Shown in pieces: positions 1 to 14,900 of a stretch of DNA of 64,000 nt (its first letter is position 1; every line of letters begins with the position of its first letter). The stretch covers positions 21,055,101 to 21,119,100 of the forward strand of contig NC_134025.1 in NCBI RefSeq assembly GCF_964204645.1. The letters run 5' to 3'. The notes below the pieces were generated by a model, which was given only the letters and a program-made list of their open reading frames with translations, did not search any database and was not told the origin of the DNA. Made by a program: the position numbers and the translations under genes. Source of the DNA: Tubulanus polymorphus (lineage: Eukaryota > Animalia > Nemertea).

Positions 1-706
1 TGGACAGCTCTATGAATATCGTGATGGCCTATGACAGATTGTCAGCTGGCATTTGTCATGATGCACGATCTGCAAAACAAAAATCCTCACGCGCATATTT
101 AGTGCAAAAAGGGATTTAACCTTTCTGCAATAAAGGATTCAGTAATACCTTTTAGCTGTAAGCGAAGATCGAGTAACGGAAAATGATTACACAATTCAAG
201 ACAAGACTGTACAAAAGACTGAAAGAATTTTCGTTACAAAGCCAAAATGAGAAACAACTAAATCTTTTATTTCAGATATGCAAGTCATAAGACGATATCA
301 GATAAAGTTACATTTTTAAAAGTTGAAAATACACAAATCCCATGTTTGGGACACGTATGCATGTGCATTCGATTAGAACATTGACAAAGATCCATGGATT
401 TGGGTCGAAAGCTCTGGCCGAGTTTTCTAAAAAAAAAATTTAGAAAATCTATTTTCGACGTTTAAAATTCTAACTTTATTAGATAACAAACACAGATGGA
501 CATATTTCGATCAATGGTATCAGATGAAATACCAAAATAAGCAACGCAAATGTGTAACAATTTTCCGTATGAACAAAAAATAACGTAAGAACGCGAACGT
601 CATTCAATGACTTAATAGGCCTGTCACAAAATCAGAAAGTTCAATGTACCCATACGCTTAGATTACAGACATCGAAGTCACAGTCGATGGCTTACGCATA
701 CAGGTA

Positions 707-1201
707 TCAATTGATCTCCTCAAATTCGAATGGGTTCACCAACAGATGTATGAGGACCTCGTCGTCTCTCCTTTGAAACAGCATCTCGCCCTCGAAATCT
801 ATAAGTCGTTGTTTTCGCGCTCGCATCAACATACCGACGAGCTTATTCGATATTTTCGTGTACGTGTCGAACAGAGTTCCGAAACGGATACACCACGTCC
901 CGTCTCGTTGGCGCTCCCCGACGTCAGAGATGATCTCGCACAGTTCTATGATTTCGCGGCTGATATGGCTCCCGGCCTGTTGCCCTCTCCGCTCGGTGGA
1001 TGACCCGGCGACTGGTTTGCCGTAATCGGGATCGTCTTTGGACAGTTTGTCCCGGTGCGAAGCGCCCTGCCATTCCGAAAACGGGTTGATCAGTTGCTTT
1101 TGGTGGTGCTCGTCGGCTTTCTTGTTCCACTGCGAAATTCTACTCGTTACGCCTTTCGATTTGCCGAGGGCTCTTCGATCCCAGGAAGTCGGCGCCGCCA
1201 T
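707..1201 (-). CDS. ABRA: Actin-binding Rho-activating protein (STARS/ABRA family, C-terminal Costars domain)
   Basis: 164-aa ORF with family motifs QLINPFS, DYGKPVAGSSTERRG, FGTLFDTYTKISNKLVGMLMRARKQRLIDFEGEMLFQRRDD. A splice acceptor (tttttag, 1220-1221) lies 18 nt upstream of the ATG. AATAAA occurs on the minus strand at 475-480 and near 266-271. Confidence 0.93.
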   Translation of the reverse strand: MAAPTSWDRRALGKSKGVTSRISQWNKKADEHHQKQLINPFSEWQGASHRDKLSKDDPDYGKPVAGSSTERRGQQAGSHISREIIELCEIISDVGERQRDGTWCIRFGTLFDTYTKISNKLVGMLMRARKQRLIDFEGEMLFQRRDDEVLIHLLVNPFEFEEIN

Positions 1202-2652
1202 AGTTCGTGTGTATGTATACTAAAAATACAAAATCACCTGGGGGTAAAAACTGCGCAATTATATAAGACTTTCATGACAAGCTGAAATTGGGGGAATTCC
1301 GAATGCCACTAAATGCTCCGTGTGAGGTATCGCTTTATAATAGAATTTGCAAATTTGTGTCGTTAATGAAAGTTCTAGAATCTGATATCGGCTGTGAGTA
1401 GATACACCCTACCCTCTACGTACACAGAAAGATCGTTCATGGCAATATCAATTTCAGTACGGCTGATAATCGGTTTCCATCGTGATGGTATTTTTCGACG
1501 ATTGCTTTGTCATCGCCGAAATTCATTAGGCGATAATTCAAAGAACCGCCGAGAGCCGAATGACAATAGCAACCGAATAATAAAAAATGACAATCTAAAA
1601 TACACTTTCGTTGTCAGGCAATTTATGAAAGTTTAAACAGTGCTACTCCTCCGCCAGAGGAGGTTTTAAATGTATATCAAAAGGCGAAATAATGGAACTT
1701 GCAATTATTGAAACGAAAAGAAATATGGAAAAACAAAATATTTAGTGTCCCTAATCCAGTTCGTAGTTCCCTGTTAGTCTCAATTTAGGCGATAAGAAAT
1801 ATACATTTCGGGTACAAATCCAGAGTTAAGATTTGAGATAAGGCCAGCCCACTGTTTGGCAAAATAGATAGTTGAAACTAATGAATTCATCTAATTCCTC
1901 GTTTATTTAATTCCTAGTTTATGTTCGATGGGCTAAGGAATAAATTTCTTCGAAAAAAAAAACTGGGTCCCGACGACGGTCATTTTAATCTGATCACTAA
2001 TCTAATATACAAATGAAGACCGGTCTTAATGAGCATATGCCATCGAAAGAAAATTCGAACCAGTAGCATATCATTGGATATTTGTGAATATATCACATTT
2101 CAAAATAACTTTTATACGATATTGTATTAAGATGGCATATGCCCTTCAAGATCCGCGTCGTCTACTTTTTTTGAATTAAAGTTTGGCTTGTTAGGCACGA
2201 GTACAACGCTTACGCTAGTACGAGCGAAATCGAAAAGTTGCAGTTGGCGAATAGAATCACGAATCGTATATAAACAACGACTTTTGTGTTCACAATTAGA
2301 TGTCAGGCAAAACGTCACCCCGTCAACTTTATAACAAACACTGGTGTTTTTACGTTAATGGAACCGACTAATAGAATTACAGTTCACGCGTTGCTACTTG
2401 ATAATGTGTAAATTTGCAGGATAAATCGTCATGGGGCAAACATGTGTCATCATTTTAACTGCATTAAAATGCCCGAATACGCGTACAGAACGTGTCAGCG
2501 TACGTGAAATAAGTACACTTTTCTACGAACGCAGATAATTTGCATTAAATACAGCGCGCAATTAACCGCGCAAGCGAAAATTGATCTTTCAGGATTGTTT
2601 TTACTATTTACATCCCAAAACCCATTCGTCTGACGCTCTGGCAATGCATCTT

Positions 2653-2900
2653 CAGGGGCGGATTCAAGGGGAGGTTCAGGAGGTGCGCACCCCTCCTAAA
2701 AGTGTCAAGTTGCCTTGAAATTTACAGGAAAATGAAAATATCAAATCGATACCGAAAAAAGTTTAAATTCATAAGCTTCTTCTCTGTGTTTTCAAAATAA
2801 TCAGTTAATGCTTTCCGACGAGTTTCGGGGTGCCTTTTCTATCATATGCCTTGTTTTGGGGTCGCACCCCACCCTGAATCAGACCCTAGATCCGCCACTA
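2653..2900. mobile_element. MITE with CAGGGGCGGAT...ATCCGCCCCTG-type TIRs and 5-bp TSD
   Basis: TIRs are visible and ATCTT is duplicated on both flanks (2648-2652, 2901-2905). The internal sequence is similar to 38430-38746. Confidence 0.75.
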
Positions 2901-4106
2901 ATCTTTAGCTAATTGGAGAGCAATTGGAGAGCGCAAAATCCCTGAAATTGAGACTTCCGTTGACCATTCCCGATATTTCCTAGAAATGCGATAAAAACCT
3001 TGAGTTACGTTGTTCGAATGTAAAGTCAAAGGAGTATATATCGAATTATGTTTTCGGCATGACAGATTAACCTGAAAAGCATCTCTTAGTCAACGTACCT
3101 TATCATAAATTTCATTTCAAACAATAGCGTATAATTTTCGAAATGTATATTTACAGGTGAAACTACTTAGAAAGCACGCCAACACAAAGGCTATTCGACA
3201 TGCCGCAAGCTTCGGTTCTTCAAATGCGTTCTTAGTATTTGATAACCTAAGAAAGGGTTTGTTTTCGCTCCTGGCATGTCTAAGCTATTCGGCGATTTAG
3301 AAGGTTCTGGAGTCGAAAATTCTTTTCGATAGTCGCCCCGCAGGATTTTCATATATATGTATATACAGATGAAGACAAGTCGAAGAGGCAATTACACTAT
3401 CAACGAGCCACACCCTCTCTCATTTGTTTTTGAATCGAAATATCACTCTTTTAATTGCTTTTTGATTCGACCTTTGAATAATGAATGAAGTTATGTTGAC
3501 ATATGAATGTGCGGTTTGCGAGTCAATTTTACAGATAGTTGGCTAGTCTTGCAAGACCGAAATAATGCGTGGCCTGATTACAATAACAGCTTTTTAAACA
3601 CAAGAATATATTCATTTTTCATTTAATTCATTTCCCCTGAAAGAACGGATCTACCTAATACATACAATTTTAAAAAGAAAAGACTATGTGCATCGCTACT
3701 GGAAGAAGATAGGCTTACACCCCACCAATTTCCATGCGTATTACCGAATGACGACGGGTTTCTTCGGCTATTTCCATTCACCGACGATCGATATTTGAAT
3801 GTGACCTTATACAGGAGCGTGTGGTTTAAGTGGACCTATGAACTACATGAGCACTTGGTTAAAGTTTGGGGTGGATAGTAGCCTAGGTCATCTAATATCC
3901 CAGGTACTGTGTAAAATAGAAAAGGATGACAACTCGTAGTCAGACACTTCGGATTTAGATTGGATATAACTCATAAAATATTTAAAGGATTTCAGGGGAA
4001 CCCTTTTCTATTTAGATGGTACCTGGGTTATCGGATGAGCTGGGCTACTCGCCCGCAAACTTCAAATACGAGCCCCTGTGCAATTTCAGGCTTCTCGGGA
4101 ATTACC

Positions 4107-4206
4107 CTGGACCCGGTTCCACAGTTGCGAGTTCAGAGTTTACTCATTGAAAATGAACTAATTTCAACACGGAGTTAACTAACTCACGACGGTGGAACTG
4201 GATCCA
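4107..4206. mobile_element. ~100-bp palindromic MITE family
   Basis: CTGGACCCGGTTCCAC ... GTGGAACTGGATCCA. Relatives lie near 6170-6272, 17140-17242, 24700-24812, 41829-41938 and 63500-63590. Confidence 0.65.
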
Positions 4207-5971
4207 TGAATTGAGATACTACTAGTTGAAAAATGTCAACCTTGGCGCTTTTCTTGACGGTCATACATTCACTTTGGTATATTCTGATTTAGAAGCTAGT
4301 CATTAAACATACGTAGTACCGCAGTCGCGTATTTTATCAATGGCTAAGAATATATATATATATGGTCTATATTCAATGCATTCGTAATTCGTAGGAAAAA
4401 ATAGCTATGGTTATATAGAGAAGGTGATGATTTTCCATGTAGAGACACGTACGAAAGGTATTAAATGGCTAATCAGCCTCCGCTTGTTGGCGAGTTCAAT
4501 CACCAGCTACATCAGCAGATTTCCCAGCGATCATCAGCAGCTTACAGTATTGTCTACATATTTTTCTGAAATAATCGGGTACCAGTATAGTCGGGTATAT
4601 TTGTCGATCTATTCGGGATTAGAGGTGACGTGCTCGAATACATGTAATCGAATACAGTATATACATGTCAGTGCACAACATTCAAACGAACTCCCGCTTT
4701 TTCGAGACTAGTAAGGGCTTGTTGGAGTGCGAAAGGTCGGGACATATAAACTCACTGACTGCATAGATTTCAAAGACTTGCATCCAATATGTACTTTTGC
4801 AAGTATTTTTCCAAAGAAGGATGCATAAAGCCTTATTCCACACCTTTGTAACACTTATGTAAGAAATCAAAAATTAAATTCATTATCTTAAATATGATAT
4901 GTAGAGCAAGTTCAAACAAAAAACCTCAACTGCTGACTCCCGCGGCATCTTTAACATAGATGAACCCTCTGGTATTTTCAAGATGTGATTTATTTCTCAA
5001 GTGCTTTCGAAACGACCAGATTTTTAAACCCCAAGAAACTTGATAACAGCTAAACCCATTACCAAAAACGTGTATCACGCGTAGCCAAATTTTGGTACGT
5101 AGCAGGCCCGTACCAGGTACTCCTAAGAGTACCTGTACGCCTATTGGACCGGGAGTACGACACGCCCAAAATTACATTCGATTTCTGAAAATTCATTTTT
5201 CAAATGCGGACCTTTTCGGATTTTTCGGCGGTTCCTCGTAACCTAAAACCCCCTCTCGCTACGGGCCTGGTCGAAAGTACGGTACACGTAGTTAGTCTCG
5301 TCCGTCGTGGTTCCTGAATAGGCCGTTACTCAGATAGGCCGTGGAAATACGTTTTGCCTGGTCTTTCCAATGCCCAGCCGACATTATCACTATCACCAGT
5401 ACTGCAGGTTTATTATTACGTACCTCAATGTATTTACCTTCGTATCTTAAACAGCGTATATGTAATCACCATATGCATTTCTAACTAGAAATACGGCGCT
5501 GTAAATCTGGCATGAACTGCCATCTGCCTGCAAACATCCATACATCAAAACGCGCAAGGTTAACGAGTCTGACAAAACGAAAGTGCAAAAACTACTCAAA
5601 AATATCGGGGTCTCCCCAAGTCAAATTCTTTATATTCGTATTGAAAGGTAATGCGAAGGCCAGGCGCGGATCCAGAGGGGGTTTCCAGGGGTTCTTGAAG
5701 GAGATGTACTCAAGACATAGCGGGCGAACAGTACTACGTACATATTCGTATGTTTGGCCAAACAATATGCCGTAAAGGCCCCGATGATTATATTGTTGGC
5801 TTCGCGTTGCGAGAGTTCCTTCTTATTAATTGACGAACGAAGTAAAAGAGCAACTAACTAAGTTATCGAGTACAGTATCCTATTTATTACCGATAATTAA
5901 CATCTAAGACATTGAAAAATTTTTAACATATGAATACAGATCGCAGTCAATAAATAAAACTTATTTCAGCG

Positions 5972-8900
5972 TCATCTAGATTCAGTCCTGCGGTGAAAAT
6001 CTCGTATAGATGTGTGATACAAAGGAATACCTCGCAAAACCTGCGACGTTCCATCAATTATCTGCAAAAAATGCATATTCATCAGTTGCACTTGAGAAAT
6101 AATTCTTTGTGTAGACTTTTGAAAACATGAATTTTTTGTCACTTTTGATTTCAATTTTTTGATTTTCAGGGCCCAGTTTTATACAGGTATAAAACCCTGG
6201 GGTTAACTCAATTGAGAAAGAATTGAGTTTGCCCTTAGTTTGAAGTTACTACTGGTCTAGAAAACCAGTCCTAGTATTAAGTCAACTTTGTGGTCCCAAC
6301 CTTTTGCCAAACAAAGGAGAGTCTACTGAAGACACTATTTAGAATTGGCTCAAAACGTAGTCCCATAGCTTTGGGACTCACAGTTTTAGAAATGGACTTA
6401 ACGTACGTTCAAGTATTCTACCATGGAACTTCCAAGTTCAAAATTCTAAAAAATACTAACTTGAACAGCGACGTAATCTCCAGGTTTCATCGGTTTAAAT
6501 TCATCGCAGTTTTCTAGCGACGGAATCGTCTTCTTTTGAAATATGACTTTCGTATTTGCATCGTTTCTACCGGCGAAATCTTCAATGGATCGTTTACTGT
6601 CCTGAAAATACAAAGAAATCATGGTGAAAATTCATGTAATCGCTCAGCAAACTACTGACTAGTGTTTTTTCAACACAACTGTCATTACTTATCGGCGCAT
6701 TCTGAACAATGGCAAATACAAAGCCACCAATAATGAAGCCAATCTCCAGAATAGGTACAGTCAATATACTGATCCCGATATACTGCCCTCCCATATACTG
6801 CCACCCCCGCCTACCGCCAATGTACATCTCAATACAAATACAGAGTAAAACACCCCCAATACACTCCATACTGCTAATATCGTTCTGCACTGATGTGGGC
6901 GGTATATCGGGGGTTGACTGTAGTCCAGTAGATAATATATGGAAGCCCTGAAGAACCAGTCTGTAGTGTATGACAGCTTAAAACAGCTTTTTAGATTACC
7001 AAGCATACAAGACTAATTTGATTTAGCATACCCCTTCTATAAGCACTAATTGAACTTGTCCGATCTGACGCTGATTCACGATTGTTGCATTGTCCCTAAA
7101 CACATTGATCAACTCCATGAATCGACGGTTTTTGACGTCTTGAGGAACATCATCAGAAAGCTTGTGATAGGCGTGCGTTTTCTATAACAAAGATAAGGAA
7201 ACGTTAGTTTTGTAGTATGGATAGGAAAACCGTCCGAAGATAATTAGGATACAACATTAATTAGATTTGTAAGACTTACTCCTCTCATGCTGTATGGAAA
7301 ACAAAAGGCAAAGTTATATTTGACTAGTTTGATCAGATCAACTGTTTCTTGATGAGCCTCTTCAGTTTCACCGCAAAAGCCAGATATAAAATCACTCGAT
7401 AATGACACATCTGTAAATACATGTATACTAGAAATTACATTCAAATTGCAGAATGCAAATACATAACAATGTAGAGTAACTGTATATCAACTGTATATAT
7501 GGCTCGAGTCAAAAGGCAATGTGATTAAATGACTTGTTTTTTTAACTAAAAGAATACTAAAGTAACTACATGCACAATGTAACTAGGGGTCCAGGGACAC
7601 CATGCCCACTTGGGAAGTGGTTTCAAATGCTCAACAATCTAACAATTTCAATATTCAAAGCCCCCTGGTGACCATTTACAAAAACAAATGACCTTAAAAC
7701 TCACCACAATCATAGAACATGTCAGCAGCTACGATTTTGTAATTGATTGTGATAACAAAATATGCCTCGTTACCAATTTAATATGGAAATACTAAGTCAT
7801 TCTACTATTCAACGCCCCCTGGTGACCATATTCAAAACCCAATGACCTCGAAACTCACCACAATCATAGAACATGTCATGAACTACAACTTTGCAATTGA
7901 TCATGGAAACAAAATATGCCTAGGTACCAATATAATAAGGAAATACTAAGTTATCTACTATTCAACGCCCCCTGGTGACCATATAGAAAAACTAATGTCC
8001 TTAAAACTCGCAACAATCATAGATGATGTCATGAGCTACAACTTTCCAATTGATTGTGGTTACAAAATATTCATAGGTACGAATATAATAAAGAAATGCT
8101 AAGATATTGTATTATTCAACGCCCCTGGTGGCCATATACGAATTCCAATTACCTTGAAACTCACCACAATCATAGAACACGTTATGAGCTACAACTTTCT
8201 AATTGATTGTGGTAGCAAAATACGCTTAGGTATCAATATAATGTGGAAAAACTTTTTCCCACTTACGAATTAGTACTGGTGACACCAAGATGGCCGCCAA
8301 TTGCGTCATAATTGGCTGATGAAAAATACCTGTCTCAGGTATAAAATATCCCTTTCCAAAGAACACCCATCACAAATTGTAATGAGAAATGGCAAACCAG
8401 TAGGAAGCTACAGGACTCAGAATTCGGGCCAAAATTAACATTTTTGGGCACTAAAAAGGTCATAGGACGGCCATCTTGAGTCCGACCGACCCAATTTTTG
8501 TTATGTTGATGGGCCCTGGGGGGATTCACATATATCCGAAAGATCAAGGTAATTGATCAAAGCGTCTTCAAAATTTCCCTCAAAAAGTTCAAAAATGTGT
8601 AAAAAGTGCTGATTTTGGCGAACAACAATGTCGGCCATCTTGATTCTGACAGGGCCAGTTTTTGGGCTGAAGATGTGTCTAGGGTAGATACATGTCTTAC
8701 CCAAATATCAAGACGTTACCTTGAAGCATCTTCAAAACTTCCCAAAATAACTGCATTCCGTCTACGGACGGACGAACGGACGGACGGACGACGGACGAAA
8801 AGTGAACGCAATAGCCCGCTGGGACTAAAGTCGACTAAAAACGACTCGTTTAAGTAGATCTAAATATTACAGTAACTAAACTACTTGATCAAAACAGCTC

Positions 8901-11900
8901 AAGAGGCACACTGCAATGTGATTAAAGGACTTTTAAAAGAACAACCACATTAAAGTTACTAGAAATACTAGTATAAACAAAAATTTCAGGTAAACAACAA
9001 TGTGGACTTTGGTGATCTAAACTAGACATGATGTACAGGTACATTTTACTTTTAAGATCATATAGGCCTAATGCATTTTACACTATGTCGATTAAGGATC
9101 TCCAACAAACCAACTTGATATTGTTAATGCGTGGAAAACTCCATTTTATGTCCATGGCTAGTCCAAGTTCTCAAGGTTTACAGTTGGATAACGTGGAGGG
9201 ATTAGAAATTAGTTGTTTTCCTGTCAACCAAGGGCATTACACGTATTACAAATTTGGTCCAATCACGGTGTATTTGAATTTAGATTAGTTTTTTATTGAG
9301 GTTATCTACGTCTCATTACCTGGCAAAATATTTCTAATATTTTTAACCAATTGCACGTACGCTTCGCGCGTATAGCCGCGTCTCATCGCATCCAGAACTT
9401 CATTATTACCACTCTGAGCCGGCAAGTGGATCTGATTACAAATATTTTGTCGTTCTTTGATTAAAAACAAGACCTACAGGACAATTGAAATAAAGTTATA
9501 AGCATATATTGGTAGATTTATCTCCGCCTCATTAGTAGAGGTTGAGTAATGAATTCCTTTCAATGTTTCTGCAGGGGCAGATCTAGATCAGATGTTTGGG
9601 GGCTTTGAACCCCCATAAATCCGAAGTACAGAAAGTATAGTAATCCACTCAACTCGGATAACCATTTCTCGGATGTTTCTTTTTTTAGATATTCTTGTGA
9701 CACTGTATATGGATTAAATGATATCTAAAAAATATTGGTCCGACTTGAGCGGAATCTACTGTAGTGTTGCTATCAAATTTTCCATCATTTTTAGAATTTC
9801 TAAATAAAAAATCAATGAGCCTCGATATCATAATTCAAAATTATCAATGAAAAATCTATAACCCCTTCCTAGTACAGCTGCATACCTGTCCCTTATCAAA
9901 TTCACCCAGTACTGAAAGTGGCCGGTTCGTGGCACTCCAATACTGGGTGTAATAAGAGCTTGCGTGAACCAAGGGTCACGATTGAGCGATGTACCACTTG
10001 CACTAAGGTTTTCAGTGAATTGAGCGAAATACCAATTGCACTAAGGTTTTCAGTGAATTGAGCGATATACCACTTGCGCTAAGGTTCTCAGTGAACTATC
10101 AAAAAATACAAACCTCATCAGGAAAATCTTTTGGATGCGGGGAAGTAAACCGTATCCTCATTTCAGGGTCGACTCTGGATACGCAGTCCAATAAGTCGGA
10201 AAAACGTCGTCCGCCTTTCTTCGTTTTGTAGATAGTCCTAAATCCTTTACTAAGGTGTGTTTGATCGCTGTTTGTGACGTTGAATGATTCTGATACGGAT
10301 GTGTCTCGATAACTGTTTACATTTTGTCCAAGCAGTGTCACTTCTTTGATACCCTGAAATAAAGCATATAAATGAAAATTCAGAATTTCTACTTCTACTT
10401 TAGGATACTTCTACATTTGACTATGCAGACTATCACCATATTGCCTTGGCCTCAGTCTTGGGCTGAAAAATGTCTTTGAATCAGTTAATCCAGACAAATC
10501 AAAAATTATATACATCACATGAAAATCAGAGGGTTCCAAGAAATTTGGGATAGTCACACCCAGCATTAAAGTATGGAAGTATTTAACTTATCTTTAATCT
10601 TAGGTAGAGAGTTGCAATAGTAAGAAATCCATAAAAGTGTAAACGAGGCATCCTTAGTTTATGCTTTCGTTCGTTATAATAAAAAGCATACAGTATTCAG
10701 CATAAGTATACACATTTGAAAATGAAGTTTATCTAGTTTACACTTTCATCAATATTACTTTATCAAGTAATATTTCTTTAGATACTATTGGGTCTTCTTT
10801 CACATAAAGTAAAACTCAAATTTTCAGTCCATTTGCTATCAGATATATCGTATCCGGCATCTTCAATACAAACTAAAACAATTCAAAATTCAAACCACTG
10901 TAAGCTTACACTCTTATTAAAACAGAACCCTGTTATTTTCTAGCTTTTTAATCACCCTCATTGCCATCGTGGTATCTGCACAATGAAGTAGATAATTCAC
11001 CTGGTCTGAAAGTTGCTTTACTTCATCGATGATAGAATCAATTGGTCGACTTCGTTCTCTGCCACGGGTGAACGGTACGATACAGTAACTACACATATTA
11101 TCACAGCCTCTCATTATCGATCTAGAATGAAATAAAGATGCATCAACAACCTTAACAGAGTCCCTACAGATCAATCATTCCTGAGTATAAGGATTTTTAA
11201 AGGAGAAACTTTCACATTTCAAGGAAGCACCTGCATGACTTACATATCCCAATTACAAAAGACTCCTTCTAAATGACCTAAACTTACTCGGTTTCTACTT
11301 CGGTAACTGCCTAATACTACCTAATAGGGTTTAACAAAAAGAAGCTGGTTCCAACTGCAACTGATTTAGGCATAGTCTAATTAATGTACAACTTCTATAG
11401 TATCTACCGTAATTGCCTACCGGTATTTCTCAAGATTGAAGGAGTTTTAAAGGAGTTTCCGACATTTTGCTAAAATTAAAGGAGTTTCAAGCACCTTCAA
11501 AAGCATTTCCATTTAGTAGGAGTTTTTAAGGAATCAAGGAGTGGAAGGGACCCTGCTTAAGAAATTTTCAACATATTTTCTACATAGTCTTTCAATGTAT
11601 TTGAAATCAACTTACACAAATGCAGTCCGCGAATTTTCATTCAAACGAACGGGCATAACATCTGCGTATGTTTCCTCCAGAGATAGCAGAACATTCACTG
11701 AAAATTAATTAATCTTACAATCTTAACTAACTTATCGGTATGTGATGATTTTCTTAACTCCAATTTTTCAAATTCGCATACTCCAACTCAAATCAGGCCA
11801 TTCCTTTAACACTACACCTACGACGAGGTGATGGAGTATAAATTTTAAAATGGGAGAATGACTTTACAGAGCGCGGAATTGATAGGAAGATTATCAAATG

Positions 11901-14900
11901 ATTGGTTGATTTTTCCTCCAATTTATTCATACTTACCAGCAGTTTGACCGGATTGCGTAATCGATAACATTCGTGGCAGATCTCTGTAAGCATCAGGACC
12001 GCAGACGAGGTCAACCATTTTCTCTTTTTCTAAAATCTTAGTTTTTAAACGTTCTGCCATGCAACCTGCAAATCAGATCAGTAAGAATGACTTAAATTGA
12101 TGAGAAGCGTGATATTGCATTTGGTTGTTTTCAGTGTTTTCCACGAAGGGTTGAAAAGAACAACTACCCATGTCATTTTTTGCTCTGAAAATCAGCCAGC
12201 ACTGATCTGATGCCCCTGCCAAAGAGATAATATAAATATCCCATTCCCTTGCCAATGTTCTGCTTACAGAGTGCCAAATTATTTGTAGAGGTTATGTGAC
12301 AAACAGCAGTAGATTGCACCAAACTTCGCTTTGATCCCCCACCCCCCACCCAACAAAAAGCATTCAGTGTCTAAAAAGCTACACTAATGAATGAATGCAG
12401 CCACTCTTCCCACCATATGGAGAACACTGGTTGAAGATGATGAGCTAAAAATCATGAAGACATTGCCATTAGCGTTGATTACCTAAAATACCGATCTTCA
12501 ATTCAGATTTTTTCTTGCTCTGTTGTCTCCTCTTTTTCAGAGATTTAAGAAATTGCAAACGCTTCCATATCTTTTGTTCTGCGCCTTCCCTTATCGCACA
12601 AGTCATCACAAGGATAACGTCACTCTTTAAATACCAGTAAAGAATAGAGAAAATGGAAATTCAAATTTATGTATTGTAATGTAGAAAAAATGAGATATTC
12701 AAAGTAGTAAAGAAATACATATTTTAAAACTTCAAAAATGTGTTAATAAAAGTGCTGCTTTGGCGAACAACAGTGGCCACCATTTGGCCATCTTGATTCT
12801 AAGTCATCATTTGGATAAGTCACTAACGTAATGATCTTCCCAATATGACAACTTAAGCAAGTTACAAAACATATACTCTGTACATGCGTATAAGGTAAGA
12901 GATATTGAGGGAACAATATTCATGGTTTAAACCAATTGACTGGTTTTGTCAAGCGCGAGTATCGGGATGACCTTAGTATTCTCTGAACTAATTGCCATAA
13001 ATGGGAAAAAGAAACCTCAAATCTCAAAGGGATAGATGAATTAAAGGAAAAAGAATAGGATGGGGTTCATAGTGTCTCCATGACCAGTTTCATTTCAATG
13101 ACTTTCAAGGACCCAATTCGAAGATCAAATTGACAATAGATCACAATTCTTATTCAATATTTCTAGTTATTTTCATCAGGAAACATCTTAATGAATAAGC
13201 CCAATAAAAGATAGATGGTATTTTTTATATAAATTGCTTTCACTTCTGATCTGGGGACCCAGCACATCACAGTACAAACACCAGTGACGCAGCGAAAGGG
13301 TTAATCTCGATCTTTATTAACACAAGATATCACTTGGAATGAAACATTTCATTAACTGATGCAGAGTAAGATGAATATTCAGGGGCGGATTTAGGGGGTG
13401 GTCTCGGCGGTCCAGACCCCTGTCTGTCCATTGGGGTTGCCCTTGGCTTTTCGTCAGGACAAAAATCATTGAAACCAGCAAATCTGAAACCCCTCCTCTT
13501 GGAAATTGCATATTTTCGGATGTATTTTTTCCAAAACACCTAACACTAAGGATGGGACCCGTTTAATAACCTATGACGCCTCGCTTTATCAGAAAAACTT
13601 CTAAGTCATTTCATCTTCCAATTTTCCTAGATCCACTCCTGAAATCATCAGCCTAAAATGGCAGCAATGGCTTATCCATCAGGTAGGCTGTCAAGAAGGG
13701 TGTGATAGTTTTTGCAATTGAAACATAAGTGTAAAGTCTCGGTATCACCATACTTGATGTAGCTAGGTCTTTTATGAATGGTTACAATTTTCTAATGCTT
13801 ACGTCATTGATATTGAGAGTTCTATGGAATCCACTTTTTTCAAGAATCGACCACGCTATCTCTGTATCATTGACATTCATTTGACATCCATACGTTTCGA
13901 AATACACTGAAATAATCATTAAGAAAACAGATAAGAATTTCTAAAATCTAATGAATTTAAACAAAAATACATGAAGTATATTTTTATGCATTTTTGGTTT
14001 AAATAGTAGAAGATATAGGCTACTAAATAATCAGACTGCAGTTTAGATCACCTTCATGCTAAATGGCTAATGTTTAGGTTATTCAGTAACTAGACTGTGG
14101 TTTAGGTTCATGATTGTCATAAACTACATAGGTACCGTATACTCCAAAAGTGCCAGACTTATCCTGATTATCGATGGTAGATCCAGACAGGTTCTGGTCG
14201 TAATTTTCTGGTACTCTTCACAATGTACAGAGCTATGAACTCCACAAGCATTTTCACCACGATTTAGTGAGCCTGAAAACCTGTAGGCCTATAAATACCA
14301 CATAGGCCTACATGTATGACTTGGATTTTCAAGATTTCTTAGGGTAGGACACTTATTGTGTCCCATTTACTATAAGCTGCCATACCCTTTTCAAAATCTG
14401 AGCTGCCCCTTTCATTGGGCAAAGTACTGTCTAAGTAATCCTTTTGATTTCACGGAAGTCTCAATACCAGACAATCTTGAAACAAGTTAAAAACGTTATT
14501 ATTTTAGGAAACAGGGCTATTTAGCACACTCCTAGGACTATCTAACTGCAATTAGACGGGACCTAGTCAGATATACAGGTTCCCATCACAGGAACGACAG
14601 CTAATTAGCCACAGTAATAGCTACCAAATTTCGGGACGTCATGTATGAAATCGCTACCAAATTTTCAACACAATTACAAACAGGTACCTTTCCTTCCAAA
14701 ACCACGAGATACTAGACTTTCATCAATATACGGGATGTGCTCATAGCCACGGTATATGGAATCACTCTTAGTGCCGGTATCCCCCATCATGAAATCTTTC
14801 AGAGATGGTTGCGTTTTCGTATCCACCAATTTTAATTTTTGGTCATTATTGTCGTGTGGATCACTTGGCTTTATTGTTGTACTGTCACTGACGACACTGT

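Noticed and set aside
8335-8857. ORFs duplicated at 23577-23789
   Set aside because: They are incidental ORFs inside the repeated Helentron-type element with no Rep/helicase motifs.
9983-10097. 38-bp repeats of CRISPR-like length
   Set aside because: The units are head-to-tail with no unique spacers, lie in a eukaryotic intron, and no cas genes are present.
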